Assembly (NCBI RefSeq): GCF_902652985.1
Contig: NC_047030.1
Span: 15,810,001-15,874,000 of the forward strand
Source: Pecten maximus
Lineage: Eukaryota
DNA length: 64,000 nucleotides
Reading direction: 5' to 3'
Below the pieces are notes generated by a model. The model had not been told where the DNA came from and ran no database searches. It worked only from the letters and a program-made list of their open reading frames with translations. Each line of letters opens with the position of its first letter. Position 1 is the stretch's first letter. This document shows positions 1-14,843 of the stretch, piece after piece. Position numbers and translations under genes: made by a program.

Positions 1-7
1 TACATAC

Positions 8-120
8 TCTGCAATATCTCCAACTGTGTGATCGATCAGGTCTGGTCTGGAGACAATCTTACAAGACGTTCTTGAATTCCCGTGTAGCTTTCTTTATTTA
101 GTCAACCCTTGCCTGTTGGT
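8..120 (-). other. Candidate internal non-coding (5'UTR-like) exon of a minus-strand gene that continues off the left edge
   Basis: Minus strand tttacag|ACC...GCAGA|gtatgta gives canonical AG/GT boundaries. All three frames contain a stop, so it is not clearly coding. The pyrimidine tract is weak. Confidence 0.35.
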
Positions 121-872
121 CTGTAAATTGCTTTACTTTTTTAATCTTATTTCAAACCACAAAACTGACAAACAATTGCCAAAGGAATTAACATACAAAC
201 ATACTTGACACCAACATATTTTTTTTCTGACACCTCACACTGGGGAAATGTAACCATTTATCTTGTGTTCCCATTTATTAGTATTACCTTAAGGTAATGT
301 CAACACTGGAGTCAGCCGTCATTAGGAAAGTAAATAGATTTTTAAGAAGATAATTCGATAGGTTGGCCTTTTCTTTCAATCTAAACAAATACAAATATTT
401 ACTTATTCAACCTGACAACTGTATTTTTTAGTGTTAGTGTAATGCTATTTACTTCTGACCTTTTATGTACATGTCAGTAATTGTTAAAGTCGGAGTGAAA
501 TGTCATATTGATTTACTACATCACTGAATGGTTTCTGTATATTTTCTTTACCCTTTTCATTCCTTGAATTTCAAATGATGAAATAATCATGTTTGAACTT
601 AATCTAGTTTAAATTGAAGTAAATTCAGCAGATAATAAGTGAACAGATCTGTGGACATTGTTACTTCACAACAATTAGTCAGTTCCTGAAATACACAGGC
701 ATCAATTAATGGCTCCATCAACCACTCTCTTTCATACCCAAAAATTAATTAAACATGTCATAATTTTTTCCAACAGTAGTAATTGCTATTATCCTCTTAA
801 GACTTTCTGTACTGATTGAGGTCTAAACAAACTACAATGTAAAGCATCTACATTGTACAGTACTCTACATAC

Positions 873-916
873 CTGTCTGATTAAAGTGAAAGTTGGCCTC
901 AGGTGTGTTCCATAAC
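873..916 (-). other. Candidate small UTR exon
   Basis: Minus strand has a T-rich tract, then taag|GTT...ACAG|gtatgt. The donor is strong; the AAG acceptor is weak. Confidence 0.25.
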
Positions 917-1318
917 CTTACGAACCAATAACAAAACACATTGACTTTATTATCTTGATACACATGAAAACGAGCAGATCCGATCACAGCAAAAATGGAT
1001 TTAAAAAAATTCTTTTATCATTCAATTTTAGTAGTCCATGTTTTGAAACAGAAAAAAGTACATACATGCATAAATCTTCCAATGATTTAATTGTGAACTT
1101 CTGATAATAATCATAGATTTTATCTCAGCAAGAATAGTCCACATTTTGAACAGAATCTGAAAATAACATCCAATAAAATCATCAGCAATCTAATCCTGAA
1201 CTTTTGATGATAAAACTAAATTTAAACCATGCTATATTTCACTTCAGACTGGAATTTGATAACATTAATGACTGAAACTGGAAATAAAACAGGCAACTTG
1301 AGATATAGGTCAGAGATT

Positions 1319-2889
1319 ACAAGCTGGGAGGAAGGAAAACATACAGGACAATAAACAAGCTGGGAGGGAAGGAAAACATACAGGATGATATACCAGCTGG
1401 GAGGAAGGAAAACATACAGGATGATATACCAGCTGGGAGGAAGGAAAACATACAGGATGATATACCAGCTGGGAGGGAGGAAAACATACAGGATGATATA
1501 CCAGCTGGGAGGGAGGAAAACATACAGGACAATAAACAAGCTGGGAGGAAGGAAAACATACAGGATGATATACCAGCTGGGAGGAAGGAAAACATACAGG
1601 ATGATATATCAGCTGGGAGGGAGGAAAACATACAGGATGATATACCAGCTGGGAGGGAGGAAAACATACAGGACCATATACCAGCTGGGAGGAAGGAAAA
1701 CATACAGGATGATATATCAGCTGGGAGGAAGGAAAACATACAGGATGATATACCAGCTGGGAGGGAGGAAAACATACAGGACGATAAACAAGCTGGGAGG
1801 AAGGAAAACATACAGGACGATAAACAAGCTGGGAGGAAGGAAAACATACAGGACAATAAACAAGCTGGGAGGGAGGAAAACATACAGGATGATATACCAG
1901 CTGGGAGGAAGGAAACATACAGGATGATATACCAGCTGGGAGGAAGGAAAACATACAGGATGATATATCAGCTGAGAGGAAGGAAAACATACAGGATGAT
2001 ATACCAGCTGGGAGGAAGGAAAACATACAGGATGATATATCAGCTGGGAGGAAGGAAAACATACAGGATTATATACCAGCTGGGAGGGAGGAAAACATAC
2101 AGGACGATAAACAAGCTGGGAGGAAGGAAAACATACAGGATGATATACCAGCTGGGAGGAAGGAAAACATACAGGATGATATACCAGCTGGGAGGAAGGA
2201 AAGCATACAGGATGATATACCAGCTAGGATGAAGGAAAACATACAGGATGATATACCAGCTGGGAGGAAGGAAAACATACAGGACGATATACCAGCTGGG
2301 AGGGAGGAAAACATACAGGATGATATACCAGCTGGGAGGAAGGAAAACATACAGGATGATATACCAGCTGGGAGGAAGGAAAACATACAGGACGATAAAC
2401 AAGCTGGGAGGAAGGAAAACATACAGGACGATAAACAAGCTGGGAGGAAGGAAAACATACAGGACAATAAACAAGCTGGGAGGGAGGAAAACATACAGGA
2501 TGATATACCAGCTGGGAGGAAGGAAAACATACAGGATGATATACCAGCTGGGAGGAAGGAAAACATACAGGATGATATACCAGCTGGGAGGGAGGAAAAC
2601 ATACAGGATGATATACCAGCTGGGAGGAAGGAAAACATACAGGATGATATATCAGCTGGGAGGAAGGAAAACATACAGGATTATATACCAGCTGGGAGGG
2701 AGGAAAACATACAGGACGATAAACAAGCTGGGAGGAAGGAAAACATACAGGATGATATACCAGCTGGGAGGAAGGAAAACATACAGGATGATATACCAGC
2801 TGGGAGGAAGGAAAGCATACAGGATGATATACCAGCTAGGATGAAGGAAAACATACAGGATGATATACCAGCTGGGAGGAAGGAAAATA
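1319..2889. repeat. Minisatellite, 36-bp unit (cagctgggaggaaggaaaacatacaggatgatatac), ~43 copies
   Basis: Direct 36-bp periodicity. Diagnostic variants recur at 612 bp (17 units). Confidence 0.97.
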
Positions 2890-5800
2890 CTAGTCCTTCA
2901 ATACTGAGGCTGGGACATGCTGAGGTTATAAGGACATTCTCCCCTAGTCCTTCAATACTGAGGCTAGGACATGCTGAGGTTAAGGACATTCTCCCCTAGT
3001 CCTGTAATACTGAGGCTGGGACATACTGAGGTTATAAGGACATTCTCCCCTAGTCCTGTAATACTGAGGCTGGGACATACTGAGGTTATAAGGACATTCT
3101 CCCCTAGTCCTGTAATACTGAGGCTGGGACATACTGAGGTTATAAGGACATTCTCCCCTAGTCCTGTAATACTGAGGCTGGGACATGCTGAGGTTATAAG
3201 GACATTCTCCCCTAGTCCTGTAATACTGAGGCTGGGACATGCTGAGGTTATAAGGACATTCTCCCCTAGTCCTTCAATACTGAGGCTAGGACATGCTGAG
3301 GTTAAGGACATTCTCCCCTAGTCCTGTAATACTGAGGCTGGGACATGCTGAGGTTATAAGGACATTCTCCCCTAGTCCTGTACTACTGAGGCTGGGACAT
3401 GCTGAGGTTATAAGGACATTCTCCCCTAGTCCTTCAATACTGAGGCTGGGACATGCTGAGGTTATAAGGACATTCTCCCCCAGTCCTTCAATACTGAGGC
3501 TAGGACATGCTGAGGTTAAGGACATTCTCCCCTAGTCCTGTAATACTGAGGCTGGGACATGCTGAGGTTATAACGACATTCTCCCCTAGTCCTTCAATAC
3601 TGAGGCTGGGACATGCTGAGGTTATAAGGACATTCTCCCCTAGTCCTGTAATACTGAGGCTGGGACATGCTGAGGTTAAGGACATTCTCCCCTAGTCCTG
3701 TAATACTGAGGCTGGGACATACTGAGGTTAAGGACATTCTCCCTTAGTCCTGTAATACTGAGGCTGGGACATACTGAGGTTATAAGGACATTCTCCCCTA
3801 GTCCTGTAATACCGAGGCTGGGACATACTGAGGTTATAAGGACATTCTCCCCTAGTCCTGTAATACTGAGGCTGGGACATACTGAGGTTATAAGGACATT
3901 TTCCCCTAGTCCTGTAATACTGAGGCTGGGACATACTGAGGTTATAAGGACATTCTCCCCTAGTCCTTCAATACTGAGGCTAGGACATGCTGAGGTTAAG
4001 GACATTCTCCCCTAGTCCTGTAATACTGAGGCTGGGACATACTGAGGTTATAAGGACATTCTCCCCTAGTCCTGTAATACTGAGGCTGGGACATACTGAG
4101 GTTATAAGGACATTCTCCCCTAGTCCTTCAATACTGAGGCTGGGACATGCTGAGGTTATAAGGACATTCTCCCCTAGTCCTTCAATACTGAGGCTAGGAC
4201 ATGCTGAGGTTAAGGACATTCTCCCCTAGTCCTGTAATACTGAGGCTGGGACATGCTGAGGTTATAAGGACATTCTCCCCTAGTCCTTCAATACTGAGGC
4301 TGGGACATGCTGAGGTTATAAGGACATTCTCCCCTAGTCCTGTAATACTGAGGCTGGGACATGCTGAGGTTAAGGACATTCTCCCCTAGTCCTGTAATAC
4401 TGAGGCTGGGACATACTGAGGTTAAGGACATTCTCCCTTAGTCCTGTAATACTGAGGCTGGGACATACTGAGGTTATAAGGACATTCTCCCCTAGTCCTG
4501 TAATACCGAGGCTGGGACATACTGAGGTTATAAGGACATTCTCCCCTAGTCCTGTAATACTGAGGCTGGGACATACTGAGGTTATAAGGACATTCTCCCC
4601 TAGTCCTGTAATACTGAGGCTGGGACATACTGAGGTTATAAGGACATTCTCCCCTAGTCCTTCAATACTGAGGCTAGGACATGCTGAGGTTAAGGACATT
4701 CTCCCCTAGTCCTGTAATACTGAGGCTGGGACATACTGAGGTTATAAGGACATTCTCCCCTAGTCCTGTAATACTGAGGCTGGGACATACTGAGGTTATA
4801 AGGACATTCTCCCCTAGTCCTGTAATACTGAGGCTGGGACATACTGAGGTTATAAGGACATTCTCCCCTAGTCCTGTAATACTGAGGCTGGGACATGCTG
4901 AGGTTATAAGGACATTCTCCCCTAGTCCTGTAATACTGAGGCTGGGACATGCTGAGGTTATAAGGACATTCTCCCCTAGTCCTGTACTACTGAGGCTGGG
5001 ACATGCTGAGGTTATAAGGACATTCTCCCCTAGTCCTTCAATACTGAGGCTGGGACATGCTGAGGTTATAAGGACATTCTCCCCTAGTCCTTCAATACTG
5101 AGGCTAGGACATGCTGAGGTTAAGGACATTCTCCCCTAGTCCTGTAATACTGAGGCTGGGACATGCTGAGGTTATAAGGACATTCTCCCCTAGTCCTTCA
5201 ATACTGAGGCTGGGACATGCTGAGGTTATAAGGACATTCTCCCCTAGTCCTGTAATACTGAGGCTGGGACATGCTGAGGTTAAGGACATTCTCCCCTAGT
5301 CCTGTAATACTGAGGCTGGGACATACTGAGGTTAAGGACATTCTCCCTTAGTCCTGTAATACTGAGGCTGGGACATACTGAGGTTATAAGGACATTCTCC
5401 CCTAGTCCTGTAATACCGAGGCTGGGACATACTGAGGTTATAAGGACATTCTCCCCTAGTCCTGTAATACTGAGGCTGGGACATACTGAGGTTATAAGGA
5501 CATTCTCCCCTAGTCCTGTAATACTGAGGCTGGGACATACTGAGGTTATAAGGACATTCTCCCCTAGTCCTGTAATACTGAGGCTGGGACATGCTGAGGT
5601 TATAAGGACATTCTCCCCTAGTCCTGTAATACTGAGGCTGGGACATGCTGAGGTTATAAGGACATTCTCCCCTAGTCCTGTAATACTGAGGCTGGGACAT
5701 ACTGAGGTTATAAGGACATTCTCCCCTAGTCCTGTAATACTGAGGCTGGGACATACTGAGGTTATAAGGACATTCTCCTCATTGTCCTGTAATACTGAGG

Positions 5801-6868
5801 CTGGGACATGCTGAGGTTATAAGGACATTCTCCCCTAGTCCTGTAATACTGAGGCTGGGACATGCTGAGGTTATAAGGACATTCTCCCCTAGTCCTGTAA
5901 TACTGAGGCTGGGACATACTGAGGTTATAAGGACATTCTCCCCTAGTCCTGTAATACTGAGGCTGGGACATACTGAGGTTATAAGGACATTCTCCCCTAG
6001 TCCTGTAATACCGAGGCTGGGACATACTGAGGTTATAAGGACATTCTCCCCTAGTCCTGTAATACCGAGGCTGGGACATACTGAGGTTATAAGGACATTC
6101 TCCCCTAGTCCTGTAATACTGAGGCTGGGACATACTGAGGTTATAAGGACATTCTCCCCTAGTCCTGTAATACTGAGGCTGGGACATACTGAGGTTATAA
6201 GGACATTCTCCCCTAGTCCTGTAATACTGAGGCTGGGACATACTGAGGTTATAAGGACATTCTCCCCTAGTCCTGTAATACTGAGGCTGGGACATGCTGA
6301 GGTTATAAGGACATTCTCCCCTAGTCCTGTAATACTGAGGCTGGGACATGCTGAGGTTATAAGGACATTCTCCCCTAGTCCTGTAATACTGAGGCTGGGA
6401 CATACTGAGGTTATAAGGACATTCTCCCCTAGTCCTGTAATACTGAGGCTGGGACATACTGAGGTTATAAGGACATTCTCCCCATTGTCCTGTAATACTG
6501 AGGCTGGGACATGCTGAGGTTATAAGGACATTCTCCCCTAGTCCTGTAATACTGAGGCTGGGACATGCTGAGGTTATAAGGACATTCTCCCCTAGTCCTG
6601 TAATACTGAGGCTGGGACATACTGAGGTTATAAGGACATTCTCCCCTAGTCCTGTAATACTGAGGCTGGGACATACTGAGGTTATAAGGACATTCTCCCC
6701 TAGTCCTGTAATACTGAGGCTGGGACATGCTGAGGTTATAAGGACATTCTCCCCTAGTCCTGTAATACTGAGGCTGGGACATACTGAGGTTATAAGGACA
6801 TTCTCCCCTAGTCCTGTAATACTGAGGCTGGGATATGTCAAGGTAGCTACATATAATGATATTCTCTC
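2890..6868. repeat. Satellite, 54-bp unit (ctagtcctgtaatactgaggctgggacatactgaggttataaggacattctccc) with 52-bp variants, ~73 copies
   Basis: Direct periodicity with higher-order blocks of 694 and 910 bp. The last copy (~6830-6868) is degenerate. Confidence 0.97.
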
Positions 6869-6953
6869 ATAAAAAAAATCCTAGCAGAAACTCACTCCCC
6901 TTTTCTGTCTGATTTTATGGACCAACATCATTTTAGGAAAGACCAGATGAAAT

Positions 6954-7479
6954 ACAAGAGGCCTAATTAGCCTGTATTGCTCCTTCTTATGCAACTTTTA
7001 AGTTGACCTAGATCATTAATAAATATAATGAATTCCACTTCATTCAAATATCAGACCAGGCTAGGCTTATATTCATCTAAATAAGTTCAGTAGCCTTTCA
7101 TTCCAGTTTTTTGGTCATTTAAAGAATTAGAATAATCTGATATTTGACTCCTGTGACCTTAAATGTAGGTCAAGGTTATTCCTTTTAACAAACTCGGTAG
7201 CCCATATCATACAAGCATGCTACCGACTCAATATATTGTCTCTTGGACTTTTGGCTATTGAGAAGAAGTAGTTTGAAGATTTAAGTATATTTGACCCCTG
7301 TGACCTTGAATGTAGACCAAGGTAATTCATTTCAACAAACAAGGTAGCACTTCAGCCCAGGCTTATTGAGATGTCGTTGGAAGGAAAAGTTGAAACCATG
7401 CAGATAGCTGGATGCCAATGTACGATGGATGATGCACTACATTGAACCTCGCTTGCCCTTCGGGCAGGTGAAATAAAAA
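6954..7479. mobile_element. Non-autonomous Helentron-type element (HINE-like)
   Basis: The left end acaagaggcctaattagcctgtattgctc and the right-end hairpin gcttgccc-ttc-gggcaggtg followed by an A-run match the termini of bivalve HINEs as I recall them. Two ~150-bp internal repeats carry tgacctt..ggtcaagg (7143, 7291). Confidence 0.7.
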
Positions 7480-8783
7480 TCTCACAAACATATATTTCAT
7501 ATATTTTCATGAATCATTTAAATCTATATTTCACAAAGATACACAAGTGTAAACAGAAGCACATACAGAAAAGTGCCAACTGATGTTCGTCCCATTTATC
7601 TCAAGCTTGACTCCAAATTTCCAAAATAAGATTTAGCAATAAGTTTGAGGTGATTTCTCTGTCCATAAGAACACAGTGATCATTGTAGTGGTTTGTGACA
7701 CAGTGGTACAGTGTACCAGACAGTTTCCTGTGATGTTTTTATCATCTCCATACCACAGGTACGTTAGCCCTAATACTCCTGGACCCCATGCAGGTAAATT
7801 TCTCAGGTGACCTGTTCCAAATTCAATATTTAGTAGAATGTCACAATGCTTTTCTGTACTAAATAACATGCTGCATTATATAACATCGACAGGTGTCAAG
7901 CATATTTAATTCTATATTTCATGTTCTAGATCAGGTATCACATTACATGATTACTCAACATATACTTTGTATGTGTCAGATCCAAGATCGATTTTCCAAG
8001 TTGAAAAGTTCAGGTGTACATACAATGTATAGATAAATGTCTTACAATCTAGAAACAAGATTCCGTTTGTTTCTCTTTTGGTCCTGTTTCGTTACCAAAG
8101 TAGCACTCCCGTCTGTTATTGTCAGCTTAACATCTTACTCACAGGGAACTTAAATCCTTAATTTCAAAATTATTAGAATTTGAATGATATGACCCACTTT
8201 CGGAGATTTAATGTAATCATTTCCATATAATATATACCAAAACAATTAATTTAGAGGACAAAAAAAAGATTAAAAAAAATCACACACTTTATAATATTAA
8301 GCTAACAAATATAATTGATGTGTAAGTGTATGGTATATTGTATTTTTGAAATGTCAACATTCAATATTTATGTAAATGTATAAGGAGATTTAGCAATTAC
8401 CCAACGGTTTAAAACATGTCTAAATGTTTAATTATGTTCTGTATATCTTTTTATAAAACAAAACTAATCTAGTCACAATATAAGACTTAATTTCTGGGCA
8501 ATACTAATTTATCTGTTTGAAATCAACCTCCAGATTTATTTTATATGTTAGAAAGCTAGCTCAAACTGACTTTTCCATTATTAAAATTACAATTAATACT
8601 TCAAATTTCGGTATGTTTTGTTCCAATTGTGATCGATTATTTATTTATTTATTGAGCTTACTTATACATAAAAACAATGTTTAACATAAAAGTATGAAAG
8701 ATAACCAATGTTTACATGTACACTTAGAGATGAAATATTAATGAAGGACAAGTAGTATTTATAACACACTGTAAGTTGAAACA

Positions 8784-10663
8784 CTAAATACTGCTGTGAA
8801 CCGTAAATACTGTTGTGTACCCTAAATACTGTTGTGTACCCTAAATACTTATATGTACCCTAAAAACTGCTGTGAACCGTAAATACTGTTGTATACCCTA
8901 AATACTGATGTGTACCTAAATACTGATGTGTACCTAAATACTGTTGTGTACCTAAATACTGATGTGTACCTAAATACTGTTGTGTACCCTAAATACTGTG
9001 GTGTATCCTAAATACTGATGTGTACCCTAAATACTGTTGTGTACCCTAAATACTGTGGTGTATCCTAAATACTGATGTGTACCCTAAATACTGATGTGTA
9101 CCCTAAATACTGATGTGTACCCTAAATATTGATGTGTACCCTAAATACTGATGTGTACCCTCAATACTGTTGTGTACCCTAAATACTGTTGTGTACCTAA
9201 ATACTGATGTGTACCTAAATACTGAAGTGTACCCTAAATACTGATGTTTACCTAAATACTGATGTGTACCCTAAATACTGTGGTGTACCTAAATACTGAT
9301 GTGTACCCTAAATACTGTTGTGTATCCTAAATACTGATGTGTACCCTAAATACTGATGTGTACCCTAAATACTGTTGTGTACCTAAATACTGATGTGTAC
9401 CCTAAATACTGATGTGTACCTTAATACTGATGTGTACCCTAAATACTGATGTGTACCCTAAATACTGATGTGTACCTAAATACTGTGGTGTACCCTAAAT
9501 ACTGATGTGTACCCTAAATACTGTGGTGTACCCTAAATACTGTGGTGTACCCTAATACTTATGTGTACCCTAAATACTAATGTGTACCCTAAATACTGAT
9601 GTGTACCTTAATACTTATGTGTACCTAAATACTGATGTGTACCCAAAATACTGTGGTGTACCCAAAATACTGTGGTGTACCCTAAATACTGATGTGTACC
9701 CTAAATACTGATGTGTACCCTAAAAACTGATGTGTACCCTAAATACTGATGTGTACCTAAATACTGAAGTGTATCCTAAATACTGATGTGTACCCTAAAT
9801 ACTGTTGTGTGCCCTAAATACTGATGTGTACCCAAAATACTGTGGTGTACCCTAAATACTGATGTGTACCCTAAATACTGATGTGTACCCTAAATACTGA
9901 AGTGTACCCTAAATACTGATGTGTTGCCTAAATACTGTGGTGTACCCTAAATATTGATGTGTACCCTAAATACTGATGTGTACCTAAATACTGAAGTGTA
10001 TCATAAATACTGAAGTGTACCCAAAATTCTGTGGTGTACCCTAAATACTCTGGTGTACCAAAAATACTGTGGTGTACCCTAAATACTGTGGTGTACCCTA
10101 AATACTGATGTGTACCCTAAATACTGATGTGTACCTAAATACTGAAGTGTACCCTAAATACTGAAGTGTACCCTAAATACTGATGTGTACCCTAAATACT
10201 GATGTGTACTTAAATACTGATGTGTACCCTAAATACTGATGTGTACCTAAATACTGATGTGTACCCTAAATACCGATGTGTACCCTAAATACTGATGTGT
10301 ACCCTAAATACTGATGTGTACACTAAATACTGTGGTGTACCCTCAATACTGATGTGTTGCCTAAATACTGTGGTGTACCCTAAATACTGATGTGTACCCT
10401 AAATACTGTGGTGTACCTAAATACTGATGTGTACCCTAAATACTGTAGTGTACCTAAATACTGATGTGTACCCTAAATACTGATGTGTACCCTAAATACT
10501 GATGTGTACCCTAAATACTGTGGTGTACCCTAAATACTGTTGTGTACCCTAAATACTTATGTGTACCCTTAATACTGATGTGTACCCTCAATACTGCAAT
10601 GTAACCTCAATACTGCTGTGTTCCCTAAATACCGACGTGTACCCTAAATATTGCAATGTACCC
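8784..10663. repeat. Minisatellite, 19-bp unit (taaatactgatgtgtaccc), ~100 copies
   Basis: Direct periodicity, with 18-bp variants. Confidence 0.97.
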
Positions 10664-11589
10664 TCTCATTAGAGAATATTTTTTTAAAACAAGAGCATAT
10701 TCCATCAGACAACTCCTTATTTGTTGGTTTTATTTTTAAGTTTGATCTTTCTGTACAGTCAATATTTGAAAAATTATAAAGCTATTACTCAGGTCTATTG
10801 GTTTCTTCTTAAACTTTGAAACTTCTTTAACTTGAAAGCAATAATAAAAATCATTGCTTATTTTATCAACTTTGCCTCCAATTTGGGGAATCAAAGGGGC
10901 ACAACTTCAGTCACTATCCACTAGTTGAATTGTAGCTGTTTAAGATTGGTGTCTTCATATGTTTGATATTTCTAATAAACAGCTGATAGAAGACTTTACA
11001 TACAATACACCATACTGATAGTAAGAGAAACATCACAACTATCCTTTAACATGAATTGTTCTGAACCTATAAAGAATCCTTTATTGTGATTCCCATCATT
11101 TTATTATTATGACCACGATTTAAAAGTACATCAATGTCTGTAAAAGTCAATGACAACTTTATAGTCCTGAATACAAATTAACCTCCCAGGAATGAATTCC
11201 TTTATAACGGTGATATAAAGAGTAGTGTAACGTGTAGCAAAGAGTTGTCAGTGTAGACAACCTTCACTTTATGGCCGTCCCAACTTTAATGATCCAGTTT
11301 AAAACCACCCCTATCTATCGAAATCTCAGGTGGACATGTGAGATCAGTAGACATTGTATATAGAGAGAGCATAGATGTATAAAGATGTGTGAAACTGCAG
11401 ACGTCTACAAAGTTGTTTATATATAACTGTTCAAAACGTCCCCTTTCACTGGAGAATTTTTATATTAAATACCAAAAATAAATTAAAGGATAAAATTTTC
11501 ATTAATAGACAATAGAAACTTTCCACCTGTATAAAACAAAAACCAGTCTATAAAGATAAACTATTTAGCTTCCAAATATCACATAATCC

Positions 11590-11845
11590 ATTGTAAATGA
11601 GCCTCTGGGCCACCTTCCTCCAAAGGTCACTTTTCCCTGATCCCTTGGGTGGTCTTTATAGACAGGCTTGACTGAGTATGGACCTCTCTATTGGACAACT
11701 TGCCTCCAAAGCTCACTTTTCATTGCTCCCTTGGGTGACCTTTATAGACAGGCTTGACTGTGTATGAACCTCTGTATGGGACCACCTTCCAGTAATGACC
11801 ACTTTTCTCTACACCTTTCGTGGCCTTTATACACAGGTTTCTGTA
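11590..11845. mobile_element. Three diverged ~86-bp tandem copies of a Tc1/mariner-pogo-type MITE right end
   Basis: ggtggtctttatagacaggcttgactg recurs near 11648 and 11734, and a third copy ends in ctgTA at 11845. The reverse complement CAGTCAAGCCTGTCTATAAAGACCACC has a CAGT-starting TIR form. Confidence 0.55.
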
Positions 11846-13349
11846 TTTATTTAACATATGAACACAAGGGTGCATTTATCTATCACCAAGATAATAAAAG
11901 TATACCTGTTAGATTGTATTTAAATATTGTCAACATTAATGCAATCTAACAAGAATTTGTTATATTTACATTTACATATGTTAAAACTTTAAAAAAGATG
12001 CATGCTTTATTTTCACCCATTTCCTGGTTTGTTCATTTGAAAGAATAGCATATTTGAATCAAATTCATTTTTCTGTAGTTGATTCATAACCCTTATGACA
12101 CACAGTACAAAGCCTTGTCACGACAAAGATCAACATAGCACCAAAATGATGTCATAATAATTACTCTCTAAATCATTATCAGAATCCTCACTTTTGATCT
12201 GTAGCGCACTGTGCAAAGCATATCCATGATTTTGATCAAAATAGTGTAACAATCAAGCTGTGTTAGACTGCATCTATCTACGCTCATAGATGGCGCCCAG
12301 ATAAAACTGAGGTAAGTATATAGCAATAATAATGTACATAACAATGACTTCCTGAGATTTCCATTGGAGTTTACTCCTAATGTTCACCGTCTTATGTAAC
12401 TCAGTATATTAATACCACCCCTACTTAAACTGAAGTATAACTATAATAACTTTACATAAATTATCATTAAAAAACTCAATATTTCAACAAGAAATAGTAC
12501 TTTAAAATTTGCAGTTAGAGGATTAATTATTTCATAAAATGACGGGCTAGATCTATGAATATATATCTTGAAAGAATATATTCCACCAAATGGTAGAATA
12601 GAATGGAAACATGTTAAACAATCAAATTAATACCAAAATGTCTACAATGGTTTTATTGTGGAACTCTTTAGAAATGAAGAAAGGTTAGATATAGAGCACA
12701 TACCTCCTTTAAGCTAATGTTTATAGTCATCTATCAGATCCTAATCTGAGATGAACATAAAGACTTGGCAATCGGACAGATTCCAGACTCATATAGATCG
12801 TAACTCTCCTGTAAATTTCACACTTTGTATGTAACTTCCTGTACACATGATTCTGACACAACGGAGGCCATAATGTTAACTATAGCTGATCATATTTAAT
12901 GACCATATATGGGTATAATTAAATTCTAAATACCATATTTGTTTTGTTGTAAATCCATGCCATCATATGGTGTCATTCAAAAATCTCATTAATGTGTCCG
13001 CATTGTCTGTTTATGATGGTGTTTATAGAAATATGTGTGCCGTACAAACACATAAAATGGATTCATCTCCATAAAACCAAATCCTTTTGAAGCTATTGCC
13101 ATAACATCCTCATAAATTTTGCATTTTCATTCAGATCTCTTCCTCCTCATTTTAATCATTGTTTGAAGTCATGTGACATTTACATATAATAAAACTGTCC
13201 ATGTCTGTACCTCTACAGGACCTACTGGTACAAGCTTTGTGTATGATCATGATTTCGTATTCAACAAGAGTCTGGTTGAAGAAGACTAGAACACTTCCTC
13301 TTTTTTCATACCATGTACTAAACTGGTATAATTAGTGTAATTGTCTCTG

Positions 13350-13840
13350 GCTGATCTAATTAACTAACTTAAGTGAATTATAACTTCTCAAACCTAGCAA
13401 ACTTAACTGATCTACTATAGCTTTTCTGATCTACCGGGTACCTGATCTACCTGGTCCAATGGATCTAACTGCCTTAGTGAATTTAATTAAATTGTTTCAC
13501 TAAACTTACGTTTCCAACTAATATAACTAGTTTAACAGCTAGCTCTAACTGGTCAAAATTTTATTACTTAACTTACTTCTCTAACTTCTCTAACTGATTA
13601 AACTTCTCTTACATAACTTTCTTCTCTGACTAATCTAATTGATTAAACTTCTCTTACATAACTTACTTCTCTGACTAATCTAACTGGTTTAACTGTTAAT
13701 TGCTCTAACTTGTTAAACTTCTAAACTAATAAAATTAACTTACTTCTCTAACTATATATAAAAATATAATTGGATTAACTGCTCTAACTGGTTTAAACTT
13801 CACTCACTACACTTATATTTCTCTAACTAATACAACTGGT
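13350..13840. repeat. Old degenerate (taact/ctctaact)-rich tandem repeat
   Basis: Recurring taact motifs and a clear ~45-bp duplication at 13595-13685. Confidence 0.6.
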
Positions 13841-14427
13841 TGGAGATGGAGATTTGATCTGCTATACCGTCTACATGCACTTTACACATGAGAAGTAGTA
13901 GGTGATAATATTTCCTCTTTGACTACTTTAGATACATATACAGAGAGCATGTTTCACTAATGTAAGTCTGTCACATCAATTTGAATCGACAGAAAATTGG
14001 ATTTGTTTTGTCTAATCTCCTCTGGCACCTGACAGAAAACACCCAGCATATATGTGTAGCGCAGTGACAATTAGTATGCAGTCTCTAGCAAATTTTACCG
14101 TCTAATGTACATTCCAAATCGATGAGTAGTCGTTCTGAGTTTTATTACTTAAAATGTGTGCAATATCTTAAAAATTTGAGGTGTTAGTGTAAACTTTAAT
14201 AATTTTTTTTAATTTTTTTTTTTTAAGTTATCAAGGCTACTGAACAAACAATTCTTTATGTACAGCTAAGTGAAGATAAAGTTGTCTAGAAATGTCTTAG
14301 TTAAAAGAAGAATTTAATAGTTGTGACCTTGAAGAATTTCATAGTTTGTGACCTTGGAAAAGGTCAAACATAATCTATTTTAAGGTTCTGTATAGCTTCA
14401 GACCACATTGTAAAGCATAAAACAGAC

Positions 14428-14843
14428 TGACTCCAACAGCTCTTGGGCAACTCCCACAACTCTTGGGTAACTACCACAACTCTTGGGTGACTCCCACAAC
14501 TCTTGGGCAACTACCACAACTCTTGGGTGACTCCCACAACTCTTGGGTGACTCCCACAACTCTTGGGCAACTCCCACAACTCTTGGGTGACTCCCACAAC
14601 TCTTGGGCTACTCCCACAACTCTTGGGTAACTACCACAACTCTTGGGTGACTCCCACAACTCTTGGGCAACTACCACAACTCTTGGGTGACTCCCACAAC
14701 CCTTGGGTGACTCCCACAACTCTTGGGTAACTACCACAACTCTTGGGTGACTCCCACAACCCTTGGGTCACTCCCACAACTCTTGGGTAACTACCACAAC
14801 TCCTGGGTGACTCACACAATTCCTGGGTGACTCCCACAACTTT
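14428..14843. repeat. Minisatellite, 20-bp unit (actcccacaactcttgggtg), ~21 copies
   Basis: Direct periodicity. Confidence 0.95.

Noticed and set aside
1222-6841. Many overlapping repetitive ORFs (MIYQLGGRKTYR, RTFSPSPVILRLGH and similar)
   Set aside because: They are translations of 36-bp and 54-bp satellites, open in several frames on both strands and broken by 1-2 bp indels.
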